A stretch of DNA of 64,000 bases from an uncultured delta proteobacterium. GTDB taxonomy: Bacteria; Desulfobacterota; Binatia; UBA9968. Each line of letters opens with the position of its first letter. The first letter of the stretch is position 1. The translations under genes and the position numbers were made by a program. Positions 22,501 through 33,869 of this stretch are shown piece after piece. The notes under the pieces were generated by a model. It was not told the origin of the DNA and ran no database searches. It saw nothing but the letters and a program-made list of their open reading frames with translations. The stretch is taken from the NCBI GenBank assembly GCA_963737905.1, contig CAVTUQ010000007.1:32001-96000 (forward strand). The letters run 5' to 3'.

Positions 22501-23292
22501 AGTTTTCTGGATCACGGTAATACGCCGGTGAAGCGGGACCCTACTATTACCGTGATATCGACAACTGCTGGCGGAAAGTCTGCCGCCATACCAGAGAGCA
22601 ATGGTCAAGGCGACAATGAGCTATGGCGAAGTGCCAGCATAGATGTTCAAATTCACATACCGAATGACCTTTGGATCAGGCATCGCAACGGTAACGTGGA
22701 ACTGTCCGGCAACCTGAGGGTGACGAAAGGCAGCGGCGGCAATCCCACTGTGACGGGCTTAATCGAAACTATACGGGGTTGGGTTGGCTTTCAAGGCAGG
22801 CGCTTCACCCTGACCCGCGGTAGGTTAGAGTTCGGCGGGGGTGAGAAAATTGACCCATCCCTCGACATCGTGGCGGAGAATCGGGCGGGCAACTATTTGA
22901 TCAGTGCCGTGGTCAAGGGCACTGCAGAAAAGCCGACGTTAACTCTTGCCAGCGATCCGCAATTGGATCAAGCCGATATTCTCTCGGTGTTGCTTTTTAA
23001 CAAGCCCCTATCCAGTCTCGAAAAGAGCGAACAGGCATCGCTACAGCAAAATGCGATTAGCATCACCAGCGGTTTTGCGGCCGCTCAGATCGGACAAGGG
23101 GTTTCGCAAGCCTTGGGATTGGAGGAGCTTGGGGTTGATATCACAAACGTTTCGGTCTCTCAGGATGTTTCGGGCAAATACGGACAGCAAGTATCGGCGG
23201 AATATCGGATCACCTCCGATTGGAGGTTCAGCGTTTCGGCCAGCACCGTGGGACCGAGTGGCGTCGATCTCATCTGGCAAAAGCGGTATTGA
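19570..23292 (+). CDS. tamB: Translocation/assembly module TamB (DUF490)
   Basis: N-terminal anchor, long beta-rich body, C-terminal DPSLDI / L.QADILS.L, ends WQKRY. Confidence 0.88.
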   Translation: MEKFWRLCRWLRLALLVLLVLGVAGLAFYTHTDGFREFVRRRLVTAINDSIRGKIIVARLDGSVWGSLTLVDVRLVDSEGEIARIPRLKGNYALLPLIWGRIQILRLEAAQPLVWLKEGRDGVWNIVEALSPAEPQSETSSLVVSISSLELQKADVDISFSGNSYRLTGLDLQGTAGIRSDLTTVDLRQVSSRVLTKNMPEARVKGGLTYEDSRGLESLTFSDFIIESGSSGLRLTGKIDDLKTLETTAKVSIDKLAPADIAHFVPQWPVKANVSGMANLSGPLTALKGDFSLAVADGSLSGNFQTDVSRDSPIYQGSIKIAQLNLAKLLERKEFRGIVSGLVEINGNGFALANISGQGQATVRSTAVAAWDLGDVSLKASLAGSEAKVSGELKSELGHADWQGQIALRDIPQYELSFSASQLDIQKLSSDRTIKGNLNLAGFVRGSGLTVATMNTLAKIDLQRSTVGGVELEQGALVATIADQRIRVAQGTLRATDAMLSVKGDLGTDLKQQGQLDYQLRVKALSPWLALVDRQGSGSVNLIGGAKGNLSDLKTQGKIALSGIDFEGTAVQGGSIDYDLGYSSARTFPYGTLNISLSDIRRGYRLQSLEGVVKILAQTPPSFDFDVKVRDAQSRTHTLAARLDYQPAHIVARVARLTLDLPDGTWRLSPPVTVEQRDQDFLVDRLLMRNNGRELFLDGQFSLTGNQALRLNVEKLPLEGMRVFFPEAPDVTGILSAQVQLGGSAAAPQVVAALRLENSKIAGQSYGGLVASGSYRDQRADVKATVQQDQGHTLNATATLPMKLSWDNGWRAEAGGNIDSRIQSSGLSLAFLNALSGKAIQGIGGEVEVDLQVRGSLDQPVPSGFVRLRDGKLTPTALGVQISSVTAEGRIEPRGLRVSQISARANKGELNGQGFIALQKFVPQGIDLSIAAKQWPAINTQQYQIEVDGAAKIDGTLAAPRITGKFEVPRGELRPDLSFLDHGNTPVKRDPTITVISTTAGGKSAAIPESNGQGDNELWRSASIDVQIHIPNDLWIRHRNGNVELSGNLRVTKGSGGNPTVTGLIETIRGWVGFQGRRFTLTRGRLEFGGGEKIDPSLDIVAENRAGNYLISAVVKGTAEKPTLTLASDPQLDQADILSVLLFNKPLSSLEKSEQASLQQNAISITSGFAAAQIGQGVSQALGLEELGVDITNVSVSQDVSGKYGQQVSAEYRITSDWRFSVSASTVGPSGVDLIWQKRY

Positions 23293-23356
23293 TGTCTGAA
23301 AAAATCATTGTCTTACGCAGACTTGCGGTTGACTTACCCTAGCGCAGGCGGCATAG

Positions 23357-24409
<1,053 letters not shown>

Positions 24410-24464
24410 AGATCGCTGAAGGACTCCTGTTTGCGACCTGGCCAAAATTATTCTAACGGCCGTT

Positions 24465-24500
24465 TTGAACGATTGGAACCGCTTGAACGTTTTGAACTGT
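24465..24500. repeat. 9-bp tandem repeat (tKgaacNNN)x4
   Basis: ttgaacgat tggaaccgc ttgaacgtt ttgaactgt; same unit as at 57681-57773. Confidence 0.7.
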
Positions 24501-24531
24501 TTCACTGTCGGACGGAAGGCTCAAATACCCC

Positions 24532-25161
24532 ATGAGAGTAGCCAGGGAAGGGTATCCGCTGATCTTCACTGCGGTCATCCTGACGCTGCTTGCGTTTCTG
24601 GCGGGTTGGATGTCGCTCGGAATTATTCTAGGGCTAATTGGGCTGGCTATGGCCGGATTTTTTCGTGATCCCGAACGCCAGCCGCCCGCAGGTGAAGGTT
24701 TGGTGCTCTCGCCGGCGGATGGTAAAGTCGTCAGTGTCGCAGAGGTTAAAGGGGATTCCCCTTTTCCAGGTAGCGGGACAAGAGTTAGCATTTTTCTTTC
24801 GCCTCTTGATGTGCACATCAATCGGATACCGGTGGAGGGTAAGATCGAAAAGGTAACGTATCATCGCGGCAAGTTTTTGGCGGCCTACAAGGAAGAAGCC
24901 GCGCGGCGAAACGAACAAAATGCTTTGAGTATCCTCGACTCCGAAGGAAGAAAGTTGAGCGTCGTACAGATTGCCGGTGTGTTGGCGCGACGGATTATTT
25001 GTCGCGCCAAACCGGGAGATCGATTGGCTCGCGGTGAAAGATTCGGACTGATCATGTTCGGCTCGAGAACGGATACCTACCTGCCGGAGGGTTGCCAGAT
25101 TGAAGTCGCCGAAGGGCAAAGGGTTAAAGGCGGAGAGACCGTATTAGCGAGGTTTGTATGA
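24532..25161 (+). CDS. psd: Phosphatidylserine decarboxylase (short type)
   Basis: FFRDPER, SPADG, DVHINR, FGSR autocleavage site. Confidence 0.93.
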   Translation: MRVAREGYPLIFTAVILTLLAFLAGWMSLGIILGLIGLAMAGFFRDPERQPPAGEGLVLSPADGKVVSVAEVKGDSPFPGSGTRVSIFLSPLDVHINRIPVEGKIEKVTYHRGKFLAAYKEEAARRNEQNALSILDSEGRKLSVVQIAGVLARRIICRAKPGDRLARGERFGLIMFGSRTDTYLPEGCQIEVAEGQRVKGGETVLARFV

Positions 25162-26015
25162 GCGGAGCGAATCCACCAGAACCGGAACAGTTTCCGGCCG
25201 TAAGGAATGTTCGATTGCTGCGCCGGCGGGTGCGACCACGGGTACCGCTTCGTAACAGAGTAGCTGCTGTAAAGCTAAGGAAGGGAGTCTATCTGATTCC
25301 CAGTCTTTTTACAGCGGGGAATTTGATCTGCGGATTTTTTTCCATCATCTCGACTTTTAACGGGAACTATGTGCCCGCGACGGTTTTCATCATCCTGGCC
25401 AATATTCTCGATGGGCTAGATGGCTACGCGGCACGTTTGACGCGATCCACCAGCCAGTTTGGAGTTGAGTTCGACTCGTTGGCCGACATCGTTTCGTTTG
25501 GCGTGGCCCCGGCGATTCTCGTTTACTTTTGGGCGCTGGTTCCTTGGGGAACTTGGGGCTGGTTGGCGGCCTGTACGTTTGTAGTATGTGGGGCGCTGCG
25601 TCTCTCTCGCTTCAATGTGCAGAGTATCGGCCCCGCCAGAGGTCATTTCGTGGGGCTGCCTATACCCGCGGCTGCCGAGATGATCGCGGCGATTGTGCTG
25701 ATGTATTATTTTTTAGGCGGAGAAGGCGCGCCCAACAAGCATGTCACTTTACTGTTAGTGATTTACGGGTTGGCGGGGCTGATGGTAAGCAGTTTTCCTT
25801 ATTTTAGCTTGAAAAATTCGGATCTGCGGAAGAAACATCCCTTCTGGATGTTGGTTTCCGGGTTTATTTTGATTACACTGATAATCGCAGAGCCGCAGAT
25901 TATGTTCTTTATGATATTCCTGTTATACACCTTATCGGGCCCCCTGTTATGGTGTTTGACGACGAACAAACGCCAACGGGAGAGACGAGGGCAGATGGCT
26001 GAAGCTAAGCCCTAA
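25158..26015 (+). CDS. pssA: CDP-diacylglycerol--serine O-phosphatidyltransferase
   Basis: DGLDG..AR..FG.EFDSLADIVSFGVAP, RLSRFN, FVGLP. Confidence 0.93.
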   Translation: MSGANPPEPEQFPAVRNVRLLRRRVRPRVPLRNRVAAVKLRKGVYLIPSLFTAGNLICGFFSIISTFNGNYVPATVFIILANILDGLDGYAARLTRSTSQFGVEFDSLADIVSFGVAPAILVYFWALVPWGTWGWLAACTFVVCGALRLSRFNVQSIGPARGHFVGLPIPAAAEMIAAIVLMYYFLGGEGAPNKHVTLLLVIYGLAGLMVSSFPYFSLKNSDLRKKHPFWMLVSGFILITLIIAEPQIMFFMIFLLYTLSGPLLWCLTTNKRQRERRGQMAEAKP

Positions 26016-26040
26016 TCCACCATCTGGACTCGTAAGCGAC

Positions 26041-26074
26041 ACTCCCGTTGGCTATGCCGCGGGAGTTTTTTTTT
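26041..26074 (+). terminator. Intrinsic terminator-like hairpin between pssA and leuA
   Basis: actcccg...cgggagt followed by a long T run. Confidence 0.7.
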
Positions 26075-26108
26075 AGTTGGGGGCATAAGGAATGATTGGA
26101 GGATATCC

Positions 26109-27677
26109 ATGTCAGACAAGAGTAGCAGATAATATCGTTAGAATTTTCGATACGACCTTGCGGGACGGCGAGCAGTCGCCCGGCGCGAGCATGACGGTTG
26201 AACAAAAAGTGGTCATCGCGCGCCAGCTAGAGAAGCTCGGTGTCGATGTGATTGAGGCCGGCTTCGCGGCGTCCTCCGAGGGTGACTTCGAGTCGGTGGC
26301 ACGGGTATGTCAAGGAAGTCAAGCAGCCGCGCATGCTCAGCCTCGCCCGATCCCAAGAAGGAGATATCACCCGAGCGCTGAAAGCGGTCGAACATGCCAC
26401 GAATCCAGGCATCCATGTATTCATCGCGACTTCCGATATTCACCTGAAGCACAAACTCAGGATGTCGCGGGAACAGGTCCTGGAGGCGGCCGTGAAGGCG
26501 GTTAGCTATGCCAAGAAGCACATCGACTACATAGAATTCTCAGCCGAGGATGCTTCGCGCAGCGACCCGGATTTTCTTATTCAGATATTTCAAGGAAGTG
26601 ATTCGAGCGGGCGCTAACACGATCAACGTGCCGGATACGACTGGCTACGCGATCCCGTCGGAGTTCGGTGCCTTGATGGCTAACCTAATCGAACGGACCG
26701 CGGGAGGGGATCGGGTGACCTGGAGCGCTCACTGTCACAATGACCTGGGGCTTGCCGTCGCCAATTCCTTGGCCGCAGTTCACAACGGCGCCAGGCAAAT
26801 CGAGTGTACCATCAACGGCATCGGCGAGCGGGCGGGCAATACCTCCTTGGAAGAGGTGGTGATGGCGCTCCGAACCAGGAAGAACTACCTCGATTTGGAT
26901 ACCGGCATCACAACCGAACAGATCTATCCCACTTCGCGTTTGGTGTCGCAGGTGACCGGAATTCCAGTGCCGATCAACAAGCCGATCGTCGGAGACAACG
27001 CCTTCGCGCATGAGGCGGGGATTCATCAAGACGGAGTGCTCAAGCATAAGCAGACCTATGAAATCATGACACCCGAGTCCGTCGGCATTACCGGCAACCG
27101 TCTGGTGATGGGCAAGCACTCGGGGCGCCACGCCTTCGATGAGCGGCTGAAGCATCTGGGTTTCAATTTGAGCAAGGAAGACATGAACCGGGCGTTCCTC
27201 CGTTTCAAAGAATTGGCGGACAAGAAAAAGAATGTTTATGACGAAGATATCGAAGCGATCATCGGGGAAGAAATTCTTAGGGTGCCCGGGCAACCTGACC
27301 GTTACGAGCTTTTGTATCTCAACGTCAATTCCAGCTCGGACGGCATCCCTGCGGCAACGATCAAGATGCGTGTCAACGGCCAGGAAAAGATGGATTATGC
27401 CTCGGGCGACGGCGCCGTGGACGCTTGTTACAAAGTGATTACCAAGATCACCGGCTCTCAATCCCAGCTCGTTCGTTATACGGTAAGCGCCATCACCGGT
27501 GGAACCGATGCCCAGGGAGAAGTTTCGTGCATCATTGAGGACGGCGGTTTTCGGGTGTCGGGGCAGGGCGCGCATACGGACATCATCATGGCTAGCGCGC
27601 TGGCGTACATCAACGCTCTTAACAAGATCGAGGGTAGAAAACACTATCGGCAGTTGGTGGAGAGAGAGGGGCCATGA
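26109..27677 (+). CDS. leuA: 2-isopropylmalate synthase (frameshifts near 26120, 26303, 26590)
   Basis: [45 protein letters not shown] spread over three ORFs; RBS ggagga before ATG 26109. Confidence 0.92.
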
Positions 27678-28765
27678 GCTATAAGATTACAGTTTTACCC
27701 GGCGACGGCATCGGACCCGAGGTGATGCAAGAAGGGACCGAGGTTCTTAACCAGGCGGCAAAGTTGCATGGTTTCAAGGTTGAGCTGGAACAGGGGGTAG
27801 TGGGAGGTGCGTCCATCGATGTTCATGGCAAGCCGCTCACGGATTCCGTTTTGAAGCTTGCTAAAGAGAGTGACGCGGTGCTGCTTGGCGCGATGGGAGG
27901 GCCCAAGTGGGACGGTTTGGATTATTCCATCCGGCCAGAGCGCGCGCTTCTCGCTTTACGCCAGGAGTTGGGTTTGTTCGCCAATCTACGGCCCGTGAAG
28001 TTGTTCTCAGCTTTGGCGTCGGCTTCCACCCTGAAGAAAGAGGTCGTCGAAGGAACCGATCTGCTTGTCGTGCGTGAACTTACCGGGGGAATCTATTTCG
28101 GCCAACCCAAGGGTGTGACAAAACTGCCGGACGGAACCGAGCGGGGGGTGAATACCGAAGTTTACACCACGCCGGAGATCGAACGCATCGCCGTTGTCGC
28201 GTTCGAAGCGGCGCGCAAGCGGCGTCGTAAAGTCACTTCGGTGGACAAGGCCAATGTGCTCGAAGTTACGGAGCTCTGGCGGAAGGTTGTGACCCGCGTG
28301 CACAAGGAAAAAGGCTACGACGATATCCAGCTCGAACATGTGCTCGTCGACAACTGCGCCATGCAATTGATTCGTGATCCAAAACAATTCGACGTCATGG
28401 TTACAACGAACATGTTCGGAGACATTTTAAGCGACGAGGCGGCGATGTTGACCGGCTCCATCGGCATGTTGCCTTCGGCCAGCCTGGGTGGAGAAGTCGG
28501 GATGTATGAGCCGGTTCATGGAACCGCCCCGGATATCGCAGGCCAAGATAAGGCCAATCCGTTGGCAACGATTTTGACGGTCGCGATGCTGTTGCGTCAT
28601 TCGTTGGATCAGAATGAAGCGGCGGATCGGATCGAGCGCGCCGTGGAAGCCGTTTTGAACGGCGGCTACCGCACGCTTGATATTCAGGAGAAAGATTGCC
28701 GGCCTGTGGGGTGCAAGGAGATGGGGAGGCTAGTGCGAGAAAAAATTGAGGCGTTGAAGGGATAA
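27674..28765 (+). CDS. leuB: 3-isopropylmalate dehydrogenase
   Basis: [39 protein letters not shown]. Confidence 0.97.
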   Translation: MSYKITVLPGDGIGPEVMQEGTEVLNQAAKLHGFKVELEQGVVGGASIDVHGKPLTDSVLKLAKESDAVLLGAMGGPKWDGLDYSIRPERALLALRQELGLFANLRPVKLFSALASASTLKKEVVEGTDLLVVRELTGGIYFGQPKGVTKLPDGTERGVNTEVYTTPEIERIAVVAFEAARKRRRKVTSVDKANVLEVTELWRKVVTRVHKEKGYDDIQLEHVLVDNCAMQLIRDPKQFDVMVTTNMFGDILSDEAAMLTGSIGMLPSASLGGEVGMYEPVHGTAPDIAGQDKANPLATILTVAMLLRHSLDQNEAADRIERAVEAVLNGGYRTLDIQEKDCRPVGCKEMGRLVREKIEALKG

Positions 28766-28769
28766 GTCA

Positions 28770-29792
28770 TTGAAAAAAGAAAAATACAATGTTGCCGTTG
28801 TCGGCGCCACCGGCGCCGTGGGCGAGCAGATGCGGGAGGTGCTGGAGGAGCGCGAGTTTCCGGTGGGCGAACTGCGTCTTTTGGCCTCCGAGAGATCGGC
28901 GGGACAGTTTCTGTCGTTCCACGGGAAACAGATCCGGGTGGACATCCTTGCCGAGGATTCCTTCAACGGAATCGACATCGGACTTTTCTCCGCAGGCGGC
29001 AGCGTGAGCGCGAAGTTCGCTCCCATAGCGGTAAATGCCGGTGCAGTCGTCGTCGATAACACCGCTTCTTTTCGTATGGAACCTGACATCCCGTTGGTGG
29101 TGCCGGAAGTCAACACGAAGGAGATCGCACACTACAAGAATCGCGGCATCGTTGCCAATCCAAATTGCTCGACCATCCAAATGGTCGTGGCGCTAAAGCC
29201 GATTCACGATGCGGCGCGCATCAAGCGGGTCGTGGTGTCGACTTATCAGTCGGTGTCCGGCGCTGGCCGAAAGGCGATGGAGGAACTGAGCCAGCAAGTC
29301 ACCGCGCTTTACAACGGGCAGGAACTGGAGATGGAGAAGTTTCCACACCAGATCGCCTTCAATTGCATTCCCCACATCGACGCCTTTGTGGACGGCGGTT
29401 ACACCAAAGAAGAGTTGAAGATGATCAACGAGACGCGCAAGATTTTCGGCGAACCCTCGCTGCGCGTCACTGCGACCACGGTTCGTGTGCCGGTTTTTTG
29501 CGGCCATTCGGAGTCCGTGAACATCGAGACCGAGAAAAAACTCACCGCGGCCGATGTCAAAGCCATATTGCGCGAAGCCCCAGGAGTCATTGTTGCCGAT
29601 GAGCCGGAGAATAACGTTTATCCGATGGCCATCGAGGCCACTGGCAAGGATGCCACCTACGTCGGGCGAATCCGCGAGGACGATTCCGTGACCAACGGCC
29701 TCAATCTCTGGGTTGTGGCGGACAATTTGCGCAAAGGCGCCGCTCTCAATGCCGTCCAGATTGCGGAGATTTTGATTCGCGATTATATCTAG
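28770..29792 (+). CDS. asd: Aspartate-semialdehyde dehydrogenase
   Basis: GATGAVG, ANPNCST, YQSVSGAG, DNLRKGAALNAVQ. Confidence 0.97.
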   Translation: MKKEKYNVAVVGATGAVGEQMREVLEEREFPVGELRLLASERSAGQFLSFHGKQIRVDILAEDSFNGIDIGLFSAGGSVSAKFAPIAVNAGAVVVDNTASFRMEPDIPLVVPEVNTKEIAHYKNRGIVANPNCSTIQMVVALKPIHDAARIKRVVVSTYQSVSGAGRKAMEELSQQVTALYNGQELEMEKFPHQIAFNCIPHIDAFVDGGYTKEELKMINETRKIFGEPSLRVTATTVRVPVFCGHSESVNIETEKKLTAADVKAILREAPGVIVADEPENNVYPMAIEATGKDATYVGRIREDDSVTNGLNLWVVADNLRKGAALNAVQIAEILIRDYI

Positions 29793-29856
29793 CTCGTTTG
29801 GACATACTGAAAAAAAGGGACTTCAGGCATTCCTGTGAAGTAAGACTCGGAGATTG

Positions 29857-29966
29857 CACCGCGAAGGCGCCCTTCGACGTCGCTTAGGACAGGCTCCGGA
29901 CGCGGAGTAAAGAGTTCTTGATTAAGAAATTCTCCGATCTCTGCGAACTCGGCGCCTCTGTGGTGA
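29857..29966. repeat. Composite REP-like inverted element between asd and truA
   Basis: caccgcgaaggcgcc...cgcggag arm pairs imperfectly with ctctgcg...ggcgcctctgtggtg; left arm interrupted by ccttcgac..gcttaggacaggc. Confidence 0.5.
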
Positions 29967-30032
29967 ATACTTCTTCACAGAAAACCCGGATTAACCGAAA
30001 GAAAAGACGACCCATCGAGAACGGGTTTTTTC

Positions 30033-30764
30033 ATGAACATCAAGCTCACTATTGAGTATGACGGCACGAATTACCTTGGCTGGCAGATGCAACCGAACGG
30101 GCCAACGATTCAATCTGTGCTGGAGCAAGCGGTATCGACGTTTCTCAGTGTGCCGACACGCGTGACGGCTTCCGGGAGAACCGATGCCGGCGTTCATGCG
30201 CTTGGACAGGTGGTCAATTTCTTCTGCGATCAAGAGCCGGACCTGCACCGGTTGCGGCGCGGTCTCAATGCGCTGACTCCAGACGATGTCAGCATCAAAG
30301 ACGTCAAGATCATGGCCGATTCTTTCGACGCGCGCCGCAACGGGCGCAGCCGGACTTACGAGTACCGTATTTTGAACCGTCCTAGCCCTTCACCATTTTA
30401 TTTGAACTACGCCTGGCATTTGCATGATTCTTTGGATGTGCAGCGGATGCGCAACGCGATCCGTTGCCTGGAGGGGGAGCATGATTTCTCCTCCTTCCGT
30501 GCCTCCGGTTGTGACGCCCCTCATCCGACGAGAACGGTTTATCGGATATCCTTGGACCAAGTCGGAGAACTTCTGGTTTTTACGATCGAGGCCACGGCGT
30601 TCTTGCGCCATATGGCGCGCAATATCGTCGGAACCTTGGTCGAAGTTGGGCGTGGCCTGCGCGCGGCGCAATCCTTTGCTGAATTGCTGGAAGCGCGAGA
30701 CAGAACCAAAGCCGGGCCGACGGCGCCGCCCCATGGGTTGTTTTTGATGGAAGTGAAATATTGA
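30033..30764 (+). CDS. truA: tRNA pseudouridine(38-40) synthase
   Basis: EYDGTNY.GWQ, GRTDAGVHA, HDFSSF, TAPPHGL. Confidence 0.96.
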   Translation: MNIKLTIEYDGTNYLGWQMQPNGPTIQSVLEQAVSTFLSVPTRVTASGRTDAGVHALGQVVNFFCDQEPDLHRLRRGLNALTPDDVSIKDVKIMADSFDARRNGRSRTYEYRILNRPSPSPFYLNYAWHLHDSLDVQRMRNAIRCLEGEHDFSSFRASGCDAPHPTRTVYRISLDQVGELLVFTIEATAFLRHMARNIVGTLVEVGRGLRAAQSFAELLEARDRTKAGPTAPPHGLFLMEVKY

Positions 30765-30778
30765 GGTGGGTGCCGATT

Positions 30779-33448
30779 TCAACCCGCTAGTGTCGCGCTC
30801 ATGTCGCTCGACGTGCCGCCTGCCGCAGGAACGTAGCACTTCAGTGTGTAATCCATCACCATGCGATCGGCATTGAACCGCCAGCCGAGGGTCCGAATGG
30901 TTCGCTTCATGCGTTTAATCCAGCCCCGCGGCAGGCCGTCGCGGTCGCGCTGGTAGTATAGCGGAATCACTTCTTCGCGAAGAACCCGGTACAAGTCCTC
31001 CCCGTCCCGGGTATCGTGAACACTCATGTTAGAGTGAGTTCTGCCGCTTCCGATGGCGAAGCCGTTCAGGCCGTCGTACGCTTCCGCCCACCAGCCGTCC
31101 AGCACCGAGAGGTTCAGGCCGCCGTTTAAAACCACCTTCTGGCCGCTCGTGCCCGACGCCTCCAGCGGCCGGCGCGGATTGTTCAGCCAAACATCGACAC
31201 CTTGGACGAAATGACGCCCGACGTTGATGTCGTAGTCCTCCACGAAGACGAATTTGTCGGCAAACTGCGGGTCTCGCATTAACTCGGCAATCTGCTGCAA
31301 CACCCGCTTGCCCGGCTCATCGAGGGGATGTGCTTTGCCGGCAAAAACGAACTGCACCGGGCGCTTCGGGTCGTTCACCATGGAGGCGAGATTTTCCATA
31401 TCGGCTAGGATCAAATCGGCCCGCTTGTAAGTCGCAAAGCGGCGCGCAAATCCGACGGTGAGCGCATCCGGACTCAGCACGCGGCCGAACCTCTGCAAGA
31501 TTTCCGGCGATTCTCCACGTCGCTCGGCCTGTTCGACGGCGCGGCTGCGCACAAATTCCAGCAGTCGCTGATTTCAAGCTGAGATGGGTCTCCCAGAGCT
31601 CGCCATCGTCTACGTTCTCGATCCCTTCCCAGATGCGTGCCTCGGCGCTGTGCTGATGCCAGCCGGCTCCCAAGTGTCGGTCGTAGAGACGGAACATTTG
31701 CGGTGACAGCCAGGTGGGAACGTGCACCCCATTGGTGATGTGGCCGATGGGAATCGCGTCTTCTTGCCTGCCGGGATACAGCCCGGTCCACATGGCGCGG
31801 GACACCTCGCCGTGCAAAGCGGAAACGGCATTGGCGCGCCGGGAGAGTTTTAGGCCCAGCACGGTCATGCAGAATGACTCATAGGGGTTATCGGGATTCT
31901 CGCGTCCCAGTGCCATGAGCCTCTCGTGAGAAATACCCAGCTGCTCCCGCAGAAATCCGAGGTGCTCCTCGATAAGGTCGGCGTTAAAGCGGTCGTGACC
32001 TGCAGGCACTGGAGTATGAGTGGTGAAAGACGACTTCTCGGGAAACCCGGGGTACGGCCTGCTCGAAGACTCAGGCCTTCATCTTCCATGCGATGGCGAA
32101 TCGCTTCGAGCACCGCAAATCCGCTGTGTCCTTCGTTCAGGTGAAGGACAGCGGGAGTGATCCCCATCGCTTTCAACGCGCGGAAGCCGCCGACGCCAAG
32201 AAGTAGCTCCTGGCGGATGCGGGTGCGCGCGCCGCCACCATATAGGTGCGAAGTGAGCTCTCGGTCCTCTGGAGCATTCCCTTCCACGTCTGAGTCGAGA
32301 AGAAGCAGATCGCAGCGCCCCACTTTCATCCGCCAGACTTTTGCTTGGATCGTGCCGCTGAACGTCTCGATCTCCACCGTCACCGGTTCGCCGTTGGTCC
32401 CGATGGCCAACTCCATCGGCTGTTGGTTGACGTCCGTCGAGAGATATTCTTCGTGCTGCCAGCCGTCCTGATCAAGCCGTTGGAGGAAATATCCTTGGCC
32501 GTAAAACAAACCGATGCCGATCAGTGGAATATCGAGGTCGGATGCGCTCTTGATATGATCGCCGGCAAGGACACCCAATCCGCCGGAATAGATCGGAATC
32601 GATTCGTGCAACCCGAATTCAGCCGAGAAATACGCGACCGGGCGAGGCCGCAGGACTCCTGCATGCGTCGCGCCCCATGTGCGATCCGCCTGAAGATACT
32701 CCTGCTGACGGCGGTACGCATAGTTAATGCGGCCGTGGAGCACGAGTTCCCTGGCGCGACGTTCGATTCCCGCCAAGGGCATCTCCCCCAATAGAGCGAC
32801 GGGATTGTGATTGAGCTGTCGCCAGCGTGCCGGATCGAGGTCAAGAAACAAGCCCGTGGAATCGTAGTCCCAACTCCACCAGAGATTGCGAGCCAGTGAC
32901 CAGAGGCGCTCTTGGGCCGGAGCGATGAAGCGATCGAGAGTACGGGCTTCGCTTACCACCGGAGCGACTTGAGTGGCGGCCTCCGCCAGCGTCCGAACTT
33001 CTTCCTCCTGAAAGGTCCGGGCCTCGATGGTTTGCACGACGAGAACGCCTTGCAAAATGCCGCGATCAATGAGGGGAACTCCGAGGAACGATTGGTAGTC
33101 GTCTTCACCCGCTTCCCTGAAGTATTTGAAGCGCGGATGATTCTTCACCTGTTCTACGGCAACCGGACGTACTTCTTCCGCTACCAGCCCCGCGAGTCCC
33201 TCGTGGATTGCCATGCGCAGAGTGCCGATACATTGGGGGCGAAGGCCGAGGGTTGCGGCCAGCACGAGGTTGGCTCTGTCCGGTTCCAGCAAATAGGCCG
33301 AACAGACATCGGTCTGGAATCTTCGAGCGATCAATGCGACGACATTCATCAGGGTCTCGGCTGGCTTGCCGCCCTCTGCCGCGAGATTGCCGATCTCTTC
33401 CAAAGTCAGGACATAACTGGGATCAAGCAGACTATCGGTTTGGCTCAT
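30779..33448 (-). CDS. glgP: Alpha-glucan (glycogen) phosphorylase with N-terminal GAF domain (frameshifts near 32020-32070 and 31570)
   Basis: [63 protein letters not shown] over three ORFs; first ~170 aa form a GAF domain. Confidence 0.92.
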
Positions 33449-33494
33449 GTGCTAATACCCTGCTGGTTCAGTTCTAATTCAGTAAACTGGGCGG

Positions 33495-33510
33495 AGCAAC
33501 TCCCATGCCG
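33495..33510 (-). promoter_or_regulatory. Putative sigma54 promoter of GAF-glgP
   Basis: Minus strand CGGCAT-gggag-TTGCT, about 47 bp upstream of the start. Confidence 0.5.
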
Positions 33511-33734
33511 GGTCCAGCTTGCATCGCTAGTTTGTTTTGAACCACTCGACTTTATTGGAAATGCTTGTGGGAGGGCAAGTAGCATTAGGCGAAAGTGCCT
33601 AATGATTGGGCCGGTTGCTTAGATCATAACCAGCGATATTGATCAATGCCTCGCCCAGACCGCCATCACCGCGACTTGAGCAATCTATCCAGTTGTTCCA
33701 TTTCCTGTTTTGCTTCAGTAGACTAGATTTGCTT

Positions 33735-33835
33735 CCGGAATTAACCGGGCCCGCGCGAGCAGCCTCCAAGTTTATGGCAAAGAGCAATCATGAAAAGAGA
33801 GCTATCGCGGGCTCCGGTTCAATGAGTTGTTAAGC
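33735..33835 (-). mobile_element. Degenerate attC-like site (R' end lost) downstream of the AI-2E gene
   Basis: Minus strand GCTTAAC (RYYYAAC), then aaccggagcccgcg...cgcgggcccggtt inverted arms with one extrahelical base; no terminal GTTRRRY. Confidence 0.55.
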
Positions 33836-33869
33836 CGCTAACCGAACTGTCCGAACATCGGACACGGCT

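Noticed and set aside
23120-23180. TamB C-terminus looks shorter than typical (no GxY-like strand before VSVSQ)
   Set aside because: Cannot distinguish natural variation from an assembly deletion without an alignment
26685-27644. 319-aa minus-strand ORF
   Set aside because: Antisense shadow of leuA with no recognisable motifs
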